A model generated the notes under the pieces. The model searched no databases and had not been told where the DNA came from. It worked only from the letters and a program-made list of their open reading frames with translations. Positions 38,745 to 46,406 of a stretch of 64,000 bases of DNA are shown here, in pieces. The stretch's first letter is position 1; every line of letters starts with the position of its first letter. Source of the DNA: Candidatus Methylomirabilia bacterium (GTDB lineage: Bacteria > Methylomirabilota > Methylomirabilia > Rokubacteriales > CSP1-6); contig JBHIBG010000007.1 of the NCBI GenBank assembly GCA_046758965.1, positions 1 to 64,000 on the forward strand, read 5' to 3'. The translations under genes were made by a program, and so were the position numbers.

Positions 38745-39170
38745 CTACAAGGCGTCGGCAGGGAAAAGGAAGACCCGCGTTCGGCGGACGGCGATCCCCT
38801 CGGCGGGTCCCTGCGCCGCGTGAGCGATCACCACGCGCAACCCTCTCCGGGCGGTGACGAGCACGAGCTCTGCCTCCCCCGGGCGCACCTGCCAGGCGCG
38901 GTCTCCGGCCCTCAGCGGGCGGCTGACGACGACGGCGACCCATCCGCTCACCGGTCGCCACCACGCGCGGACCGGCGGAAACGAGGCGCCGATGGCGGCC
39001 AGCGCGGCGGCCAGCGTTGCCTGGGCCGTTCCGCCGGCGTCAGGGAGCAGGAGCGCCGTGCCGGCCCAAAGAAGAATCCACACGGCCGCGGCATCCAGCC
39101 AGCGGAGCCAGCGGACACGGTCGGTCCAGCGGTCAATGGCGGCGGGAAGAGGCTTGATCGGCGTTCGCAT
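38745..39170 (-). CDS. Hypothetical membrane protein
   Basis: Two hydrophobic segments; TGcTAGACT -10-like element upstream. Confidence 0.6.
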   Translation of the reverse strand: MRTPIKPLPAAIDRWTDRVRWLRWLDAAAVWILLWAGTALLLPDAGGTAQATLAAALAAIGASFPPVRAWWRPVSGWVAVVVSRPLRAGDRAWQVRPGEAELVLVTARRGLRVVIAHAAQGPAEGIAVRRTRVFLFPADAL

Positions 39171-39326
39171 CGCGTCGGCGTTTTCAGTCTAGCACAGATG
39201 CGCGGGTGAGACACTGCTCCCATGAAATCTCCTTGCGGTCCCTTGCATCCTTACAGTAGGATGGGCAGAGGTGTAGAGCATGCACGCGTGGCGATCTTTC
39301 AGAGTAGGGAAGAGATAGGTCCGGCG

Positions 39327-40253
39327 GTGCGCGGGGCGCTTCTGCTGCTTGCCGGGATCTGGCTTGCTGGATGCGCCTCTGCCGGTTCTGGAGGAGTTCC
39401 CTCTCCCGCGTCGGATATCACATCGCCGCCAGCAGTCGCGGCACGAGAGCCGGTCGCGTCCACGCTCGGAGTGTCAGCTCAGGAGCAGCCGGAGTGGGCG
39501 GCGTTCGGTCTTTCGGGGCCGCCAGCATGGTGGGAAATAGGGCCCGCCAACCCGCGCAGGGATGCGCCCCGCATGTTCATCCTTGAGGCCTCGGCGCATG
39601 AAGGGTCTCGGCCGGTCCAGCTGAAGTTGGAGCTGGAGAAAGAGGAGGAAGTGGGGGCGCACGATCCATTCGAGCCGTTCAACCAGGCGATGTTTGGCTT
39701 CAACCGGCAGGTCGACCACTTCGTCCTCAAGCCCGTCGCGATTATGTACGATGCGGTCCTTCCCGATCTTGTCCAGGGTAGCCTCCGCAACGTGTTCCAG
39801 AATATCGGCGTGGTCCCCCGTGTGGTGAACAACGCGCTTCAGCTGAAGTTCGGGGGCATGACCCGTGAACTGAGTCGCTTCGTCCTCAACAGCACCGTGG
39901 GGATCGCCGGGCTGTTCGATTTCGCCAAGCTCGTTGGCGTGGAGACGAGCCAGGAGGACACCGGCCAGACGCTGGGCGTGTACGGGGTGGCGCCGGGACC
40001 GTACGTGGTCTTGCCGTTTCTGCCCCCGTTCACGGTTCGTGACGGCTTCGGCGCCGTGGTTGACATCTTCCTTAACCCCCTGATCTACTTCGCCCCCTTC
40101 GCGGCCACGGCTAGCATCAGAGCCACCGACACCGTCAATGAGCGCTCGTTGAACCTCGAGCTCTACGAAGGTGTCGAGGAGGCGGCGCTCGACCTCTACA
40201 CGGCGGTCAAGGACGGCTACCTCCAACGGAGGCGTAGCGCGATTTCGGAGTAG
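39327..40253 (+). CDS. mlaA: VacJ/MlaA family lipoprotein
   Basis: Lipobox LAGC, DPFEPFNQAMFGFN, NSTVGIAGLFD, EDTGQTLG.YGV..GPYVVLPFL. Start uncertain. Confidence 0.9.
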   Translation: MRGALLLLAGIWLAGCASAGSGGVPSPASDITSPPAVAAREPVASTLGVSAQEQPEWAAFGLSGPPAWWEIGPANPRRDAPRMFILEASAHEGSRPVQLKLELEKEEEVGAHDPFEPFNQAMFGFNRQVDHFVLKPVAIMYDAVLPDLVQGSLRNVFQNIGVVPRVVNNALQLKFGGMTRELSRFVLNSTVGIAGLFDFAKLVGVETSQEDTGQTLGVYGVAPGPYVVLPFLPPFTVRDGFGAVVDIFLNPLIYFAPFAATASIRATDTVNERSLNLELYEGVEEAALDLYTAVKDGYLQRRRSAISE

Positions 40254-40267
40254 CGCGCGCTCCGACC

Positions 40268-41572
40268 TCACATCACGCCGCGCGCCCTGAGCCCTGCCAG
40301 CGTCTCGCGCCCGTACCCGAGATACTTGGCGTAGATGTGGGCGTTGTCCTGTCCGGGCTTGCGGCACGCCCACTTGAGTCGCGGAGGGGAGGCGCTCAGC
40401 TTCTGGAAGGGGAGCTGGATCAGGAGATCGCCGTAGGTCGGATCAGAGAAGATCGCCAGGGTGCCCCGCTCCCGGTAGTGTTCGTTCAGAACCACATCCC
40501 GGGGGTCGACGACCCGTCCGGCCACCATGACCCCGCCCTCGATGAGCCGATTCTGATCCTCGAATCGTGCGACGATCTCCTCAAAGGTCAGCGTGGTGGT
40601 CCAGGCCTCGATCTCCTGGTGCAGGCGGCTCTGCACCTCGAGAGGTCGCCGCGAGGAGATTGACGGGTACTGCTCGATGAGGCCGGGCCGGTTCATGAGC
40701 CGGCACAGGGCCTGCCAGGCCGGCTCCATCACGGCGGCGAGCAGGAGGTAGCCGTCCTTGCACCGGACGTACGTGTACGGAAAGATGGCGGTGTCATAGT
40801 TTCCCACCCGGGAACGGACGACTCCATCCAGCTCCCACCAGGCCACGCTGAGATCGGCGCTCCGCATCAAGGCTTCGGCGGGGGAGACGTCCACGAACTG
40901 ACCGATCCCGGTGAGGGCTCGGAAATGCACGGCCACGAGGATTCCGAACGCCCCCCAAAGCCCGCCCAGCGTCCAGCCGTGCCAGCTCCCTTGCCGCGTG
41001 GGCACGGCGGAGGGGTCCGCATCCACGCCGGGTGGGGAACCGGTGATGAAGGTGACCCCGGAGAGGGCCTGGTCCGCGATATCGGCATTGGGCTGGCCGC
41101 AGCCAGCGCGCGGGCCGAACTGGCCGTACGTATAGAGCGCGCAGTAGATCAGCCGGGGATTGTGCTCCGAAAGCTGCCGGTAGCCGAGCCCCCAGGAATC
41201 CATCTGGCCGGGCAAGAAGGTCTCGATGAGCACGTCGGCCCGCCGGGAGAGCGTCTCCAGGATCCGGCGCCCCTCCTCGCTCTCCAGGCTCAGGGTGATA
41301 TGGAGCTTGTTTCTCCCCTCCACGAGGTAGCCGAGGCCGGTCCCGTCGTGGAGCAAGCCAAACGGTGTGAAGCGACGGGCTGGGTCTCCTTCGGGAGGCT
41401 CGATCCGAACCACCTCGGCGCCCAGCTCCGCAAGGAATGACGACGCCACCAGGCCGGCCATGCTGGCTCGGGAGCAGTCCAGCACCAGGAGGTCGGCGAG
41501 GGCCTCGGCCTTCTTGAATGCTGTCTTGGGATCGTCGAGGGTCCGGATCCAGTCGGGCCAGGAGTCGTTCAT
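40268..41572 (-). CDS. Family III CoA-transferase, beta (non-catalytic) subunit, pair 1
   Basis: LAELGAEVVRIEPPEGD, ADVLIETF.PG, NPRLIY, YGQFGP. Catalytic Asp position reads GSWHGW. Confidence 0.9.
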   Translation of the reverse strand: MNDSWPDWIRTLDDPKTAFKKAEALADLLVLDCSRASMAGLVASSFLAELGAEVVRIEPPEGDPARRFTPFGLLHDGTGLGYLVEGRNKLHITLSLESEEGRRILETLSRRADVLIETFLPGQMDSWGLGYRQLSEHNPRLIYCALYTYGQFGPRAGCGQPNADIADQALSGVTFITGSPPGVDADPSAVPTRQGSWHGWTLGGLWGAFGILVAVHFRALTGIGQFVDVSPAEALMRSADLSVAWWELDGVVRSRVGNYDTAIFPYTYVRCKDGYLLLAAVMEPAWQALCRLMNRPGLIEQYPSISSRRPLEVQSRLHQEIEAWTTTLTFEEIVARFEDQNRLIEGGVMVAGRVVDPRDVVLNEHYRERGTLAIFSDPTYGDLLIQLPFQKLSASPPRLKWACRKPGQDNAHIYAKYLGYGRETLAGLRARGVM

Positions 41573-41576
41573 GAGA

Positions 41577-42905
41577 TCAAAGGGCTTTGCCCTCGCCCTG
41601 CCAATCGTCGGGAGGCTTCTGGCCTGGACGGTCCGCCCACTGGCCGATGATCCCGGCCGCCTCAAGGTCGTTCAACTCTGCTCGTGAGAGGCCCAGAAGG
41701 CCCCGGAGGATGAAGTCGTTGTCCGCGCCGATGGGCTTGATGGCCCACTTGATCCGTCCCGGGGTCGCCGAAAGCTTCGCTGCCGGGCCGCCCAGCGGGA
41801 ATTTTCCGTATATCGGGTCGTCGTGGCGCCAGAGGGCGCGCCTGGCAGCCAGGTGAGGTTCCTTGGCGTGGTCCCTGCCGCTCGCCACCGGAGCGGCAGC
41901 GAAGCCGTGGCGGTCGCCGAGTGCGACCAGCTCTGCAATGGTTCGCTGCTTCGCCCAAGCCCGGATGAGAGCCAGGAGCGTCTCGCTGTTGTCGTGCCGG
42001 GCGCGGGCCAGCTGCGTTTGGTACGGTGAATGTTCGGCCAGGTCAGGCTGCCCCATCGCGGCGGCCAGGCCCCTGAAGGCCTCATCCGTGGGGGCCGAGA
42101 TGGCGATAAACCCGTCGGTCGCCTCGACGATGTCTGAGGGGACGATGGCAGGATCAGCGTTCCCGTAGCGGCCCCGGTGCTGGTTCGTGAGACCGTGGAA
42201 GACCCAGGTCCAGTCCAGGAACCGGATCAGCGCCTCCACCTGAGCGATCTCGATGAACTGGCCCTCACCGGTGCGCTGCCGGTGGTGCAAGGCGGCCAGA
42301 ATCGTGGCGGCGGCGGCAATGGCTCCCAGGTAGTCCCCGACGTACCCTCCGCTCTTGAGGGGCGGCCGGGTGGAGAACCCCGTGATGGCGGCCATTCCGC
42401 TCTCCCCCTGGGCGATGGCATCGTAGGAAGGGCGTCCTGCCCCGTAACTGCCCCACTGCCCGAAGCCGTTGTGGGCCGAGTAGATCAGGCGGGGATTCAC
42501 CTCGCGGAGTCGTCGGTAGCCGATCCCCCACCGCTCCAACGTGCCTGCCCTGAAGTTCTCCACCACCACGTCCGCCTTCGCCGCTAGCTGTCTGAACAAG
42601 GCAGCACCCTCGGGCTTCCGCACATCGAGCCCGACGAAGTACTTGTTCTTCGGCTCGCTCAGGCCGATCAGCGACATGTTCTGGTGGTAGCTGGGACCGA
42701 GTGCCCGGATGGTGTCGCCAACTCCGGGGATCTCGACTTTGAGGACCTCCGCTCCGTACTCGGCCAGATACGTGGTGGTAGTCGGGCCGAGGAAGATGGT
42801 ACCGAGGTCAATGACCCGGAGGCCACGCAGCGCCTCCGGCTTCGTGAAGATTTTCGTGGGATCGAAGAGGGCAGAGGTCCACTGGAAATACCCGGGGACA
42901 GTCAT
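41577..42905 (-). CDS. Family III CoA-transferase, alpha (catalytic) subunit, pair 1
   Basis: ALRGLRVIDL, GAEVLKVE, ADVVVENFRAG, YDAIAQ; GGYVGDYLG retains the Asp. Confidence 0.92.
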   Translation of the reverse strand: MTVPGYFQWTSALFDPTKIFTKPEALRGLRVIDLGTIFLGPTTTTYLAEYGAEVLKVEIPGVGDTIRALGPSYHQNMSLIGLSEPKNKYFVGLDVRKPEGAALFRQLAAKADVVVENFRAGTLERWGIGYRRLREVNPRLIYSAHNGFGQWGSYGAGRPSYDAIAQGESGMAAITGFSTRPPLKSGGYVGDYLGAIAAAATILAALHHRQRTGEGQFIEIAQVEALIRFLDWTWVFHGLTNQHRGRYGNADPAIVPSDIVEATDGFIAISAPTDEAFRGLAAAMGQPDLAEHSPYQTQLARARHDNSETLLALIRAWAKQRTIAELVALGDRHGFAAAPVASGRDHAKEPHLAARRALWRHDDPIYGKFPLGGPAAKLSATPGRIKWAIKPIGADNDFILRGLLGLSRAELNDLEAAGIIGQWADRPGQKPPDDWQGEGKAL

Positions 42906-43036
42906 GGCTCCACGACTCTAGCAGACCTGGCGCTCCCCAATCAATGGGCGTTCAGCCCAATTCCTTCAGTCCGACTCGCCACGCTGGCGTTCGCTTCAGT
43001 ATCCGATCCAGGTATACTCACCCCGGGGTAGCAGCG

Positions 43037-44539
43037 ATGGAGTTCCTGGGCTGGATGTACGACATCGCGCGGGAGCAGGCCCCGCGTGAGAGGCTCCTGC
43101 TCGAGACGTTGCGCCGGTCGGGGGAGGCGGGGTACACCGCTGTCGGCCTCTACGTCGAGCACCGCTTCGCCTATCCCTCCGCGCCATGGGCGGCAGCGCC
43201 CGGCTGCCTCACGCCCGAGGCGATGCGCCGTCTGTCCGGTGCCCTGGGTGTCTCGGGCCCGCGGGTCATCCCGTTTCTCAATACGCTCGGACACATGGAG
43301 GGGTTCGTCCGCTCCGAGGGCGGGCAGTGGCTGGGCGAGGCGTCAGCCCGGGGGTCACTGCAGATTTGTCCAAGCCGTCCAGAATGCGTCGAGTTCGCCT
43401 GGAGTCTGGTTTCCGACGCGATGGGGGCGTTCGGCGACGGGTGGGTGCACATCGGGGGCGACGAGACAAGACAACTGGGCGCGTGCCCCGCCTGCGCGGA
43501 GCGGGTGCGGTCGATCGGAAAGGCCGGATTGTACGCGGAGTACTTCGGCCGCCTCTGCCGTCGTGTGCTGGAGCGCGGGCGGCGGCCCTGCCTGTGGGGG
43601 GATCTGCTCGCGCGGCATCCCGAAGCCTTGAGCGGCATCCCGACCGAGACGGTGATCTTCGACTGGCGCTACGACGCGGGCCCGGCGGAGACGACGCGCA
43701 TCTTCCGACAACGCGGCTTCGAGGTGGTCTGCTGCCCGGCCCTGCGCAGCTACGATTCCGGATGGTGCTTTCTCGATGAGACGCGGCAGCTCATCGACGC
43801 GCACGCAGCGGATGCGCGGCGTCTGGGGGCGCTGGGCGTCCTCGTGTGCGCCTGGGAGTTCTTCGGCTTCTCCTCCCTCCCGTCGGTGCTCCCGCTGATT
43901 TTCGCAGCGGGCCGACGCCTGGCGAGGGGTGAAGGCTGGACGGCAGCGACGGCATCGGAAGGCGGGCCCGGGTACGCCGAGGCCGCGGAGATCGTGGGAA
44001 GCCGCCTTCCCGCTGCCTCGCGGTTTCTTCGTCCGGGAACGTGGCGCTCGCTCCGCGGACAGCTTGCGCTTCAGGGCGACCCGTTCGCTCTCTGGCGTGC
44101 GTGGAGGGAGGAGGCCTGCAGCGGGGCCGGCGAGGCGATTCTGCGCGACTGTGACCGAGCGGAGGCGCTCCTGCCGGAGGCCAGCCCGTTGCGATTTCCG
44201 GTCGAGCTGCACCGCGTCGCCGTGGAATGGGTGCGCCTCGTCGAAGGAGCGTACCGCCGCTATGCCGCCCGGGATGTAGCCGGGTGCGCCACCGCACTCG
44301 CTCGGGGGCGCGCGCTGCTCGGGCGCTTGCAACCCGGCCTGGAGCGCATCGCGGCGGAGGGCGGGTCAGTGGGAGATCTCCACCGGCTCGACCGCCTCCT
44401 GGAAGCGATCGATCGCGTTGCGAAGCGCCTGGGCGAGCTGCCGGGCGATGCCCCCTGGCGGCCCGCGTTCGAAGCGCTGACTCACGAGGCATTCACTCCA
44501 GGTGACCAGGCCGGGTGGCGAACGGACGGAGCGGCGTAG
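43037..44539 (+). CDS. Glycoside hydrolase family 20-like (beta-hexosaminidase fold)
   Basis: IPFLNTLGHME, VHIGGDE catalytic motif, LWGD, DWRY. No signal peptide seen. TATACT upstream. Confidence 0.8.
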   Translation: MEFLGWMYDIAREQAPRERLLLETLRRSGEAGYTAVGLYVEHRFAYPSAPWAAAPGCLTPEAMRRLSGALGVSGPRVIPFLNTLGHMEGFVRSEGGQWLGEASARGSLQICPSRPECVEFAWSLVSDAMGAFGDGWVHIGGDETRQLGACPACAERVRSIGKAGLYAEYFGRLCRRVLERGRRPCLWGDLLARHPEALSGIPTETVIFDWRYDAGPAETTRIFRQRGFEVVCCPALRSYDSGWCFLDETRQLIDAHAADARRLGALGVLVCAWEFFGFSSLPSVLPLIFAAGRRLARGEGWTAATASEGGPGYAEAAEIVGSRLPAASRFLRPGTWRSLRGQLALQGDPFALWRAWREEACSGAGEAILRDCDRAEALLPEASPLRFPVELHRVAVEWVRLVEGAYRRYAARDVAGCATALARGRALLGRLQPGLERIAAEGGSVGDLHRLDRLLEAIDRVAKRLGELPGDAPWRPAFEALTHEAFTPGDQAGWRTDGAA

Positions 44540-44661
44540 GTACTACGGTTCATCGCGCGTGCGCTTGCCACCTCCCGACGCGCATGGCAGCAGACCCTGT
44601 TGAAGAGGGGTGGTTCTGGTGCTATGGTCGGATGAAATCCTGCGAGCAGAGAGGTGACCTC

Positions 44662-45204
44662 ATGAGGATCGTGCTGCCGCACATAACCTACCGGAGCGAA
44701 GGGATACGTCTGGCGCCGCGCCCGGCCACCCTCGCCGGCAAGGTTATCGGGTTCCTGGATGGATGGGGGCGCCGTGAGGAAGATGGCAGCTTCCGGATGT
44801 ACCCCCTCATGGAGGAGTTGAAGGAGCTTCTGGAGCAGCGGCACGGCGCGGCTGGCGCGCTTTGGCTCAAGAAGCCGAGCATCTCCAAGCCCGCCCCCAA
44901 GGAGCAGATCGCCGAGCTGGTGGCCGAAGCTGACGTGGTCATCAACGGCGAAGCGGCATGAGGGTCCTGCACTTACGCGTCCGTGCAAGACGCGGTGGAC
45001 TTGGAGCTTCAAGGTAAGCCGACTATCACCATCTCCCATGACACCTTCGAGCGAGCGGCCCGCAACCACGCGACGGCTATGGGGCTTCCGGATCTCCTGC
45101 TCCTGGTGGAGCCAGCGCCCAAAGGCGGCAACCTCAGCAAGGAGGCTCGGGCCCTGGCTGAGCAGAACCTTGAGCGCGTGCTCGCCGCACTAACCGCACG
45201 GTAG
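44662..45204 (+). CDS. UGSC-family selenoprotein (Sec at codon 100, TGA 44959-44961), 180 aa
   Basis: ORF-track pieces 44515-44961 and 44983-45204 are in one frame, joined by GCA-TGA-GGG-TCC-TGC (A-U-G-S-C, UxxC). GAGG RBS before ATG 44662; hairpin just downstream of the UGA. Confidence 0.88.
44964..45000 (+). promoter_or_regulatory. Candidate bacterial SECIS element
   Basis: CGCGTC (44976-81) / GACGCG (44989-94) stem with CGTGCAA loop starting 20 nt after the UGA; CAC/GTG and GTC/GAC lower stem. Confidence 0.6.
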
Positions 45205-45250
45205 GATCCTGACCTTGCCCTCTCCCTCGGGGGGGAGGAAGGCCCTGGGG

Positions 45251-46336
45251 GTGCCGAATGTGAGGTCACCTGTTCAGGAACTCTCAGACTTCTGGGAGTG
45301 GTACGAGCTGGCATGTCAGAAGGGCTGGACAGATGGCCTTCTGGTCGCTCCTCCAACGGAAGAGCGGGTCCACGCCACCATCGACTATTTGGGTCGCGAT
45401 CCCTTGGAGGTCCTTGGTGTGGTTCCACCCAAGCACGGGCTCGCGACGATCGAACAGATTGCCGTGAACTGCACCATGGCAGGCTGCGAACCGGAGCATG
45501 TCCCGGTGGTGATCGCGGCGCTTGAGGCGATGCTGGAGCCTGAGTTCAACCTCCACGGGGTGCAATCCACGACGAACCCCTGCGCCCCCCTGACCATCGT
45601 CAACGGGCCGATCGTCAGAGCGCTCGGCTTCAACGCCAAGGAGGGGGCCTTCGGTGGAAGCTCCCGAGCCAATGCCTGCGTGGGCCGCGCAATCCGCCTG
45701 ATCCTCTGGAACATCGGCGGCGGCATCCCAGGTGAGACCGACATGTCGACTCAGGGGCAGCCGGCCAAGTATCTCTTCTGCGTGGCAGAGAACGAGGAGG
45801 ACAGCCCCTGGGAGCCGCTTCATGTGGAGCGCGGATGCCGGCCTGAGGAGAGCGCGGTTACCGTCTTCGCCTGTCAGTCGCCGGATCCCCTTTTCGTCCC
45901 TGGCGCGGCGGAGCGCATCCTCCGGGTCATCGCCGCGACGGTTCCAACGCCGGGAGTCAACATGTTCCACACCGCTGGCCAGTTTCTCCTCTCCTTCGGC
46001 GTCAAGCCCGCCCAGGAGCTGGCCCGGGCCGGCTACTCGAAGGCAGAAGTCAAGCGCTGGGTCTGGGAGCACGCCCGGTATCATCTCGGACGGCTCCGTC
46101 GGAGCGGTGTCCTGGTAGAGGGCGAAGGCCACACGTACTATTGGGGTCACGGGGAGGGGGACGTTCCCGACCTCCACACCTTGCCCGATGAGAGCAAGCT
46201 TCCCATGGTCCGCTCGCCGGAGATGATTCATCTGGCAGTGATCGGCGGGTCCTCCCAGTGGTGGGTCGGGATGTCAGCCGGCTGGGGAAACTACGGCGGC
46301 TACGCCGTGACGAAGCCGATCCGACTTCCCGGCTGA
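45251..46336 (+). CDS. Conserved uncharacterised UGSC-partner protein (GWTDGLxVxPPT family)
   Basis: GWTDGLLVAPPTEERV, NCTMAGCEP, FNLHGVQSTT, RANACVGRAIRL, AENEEDSPWEPLHVERG. I recognise this family as usually encoded beside UGSC proteins. Start uncertain. Confidence 0.8.
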   Translation: MPNVRSPVQELSDFWEWYELACQKGWTDGLLVAPPTEERVHATIDYLGRDPLEVLGVVPPKHGLATIEQIAVNCTMAGCEPEHVPVVIAALEAMLEPEFNLHGVQSTTNPCAPLTIVNGPIVRALGFNAKEGAFGGSSRANACVGRAIRLILWNIGGGIPGETDMSTQGQPAKYLFCVAENEEDSPWEPLHVERGCRPEESAVTVFACQSPDPLFVPGAAERILRVIAATVPTPGVNMFHTAGQFLLSFGVKPAQELARAGYSKAEVKRWVWEHARYHLGRLRRSGVLVEGEGHTYYWGHGEGDVPDLHTLPDESKLPMVRSPEMIHLAVIGGSSQWWVGMSAGWGNYGGYAVTKPIRLPG

Positions 46337-46406
46337 TCAGGCGCATCCTCGCGCGGTTTGGCGTTATCCCGGGGAGCGAGGGCCTTACAGTCAGTTGGAG
46401 GGAAAG

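Noticed and set aside
44983..45204. Separate 73-aa ORF (and 44515-44961 as a separate 148-aa ORF)
   Set aside because: Better explained as the two halves of one UGA-readthrough selenoprotein.
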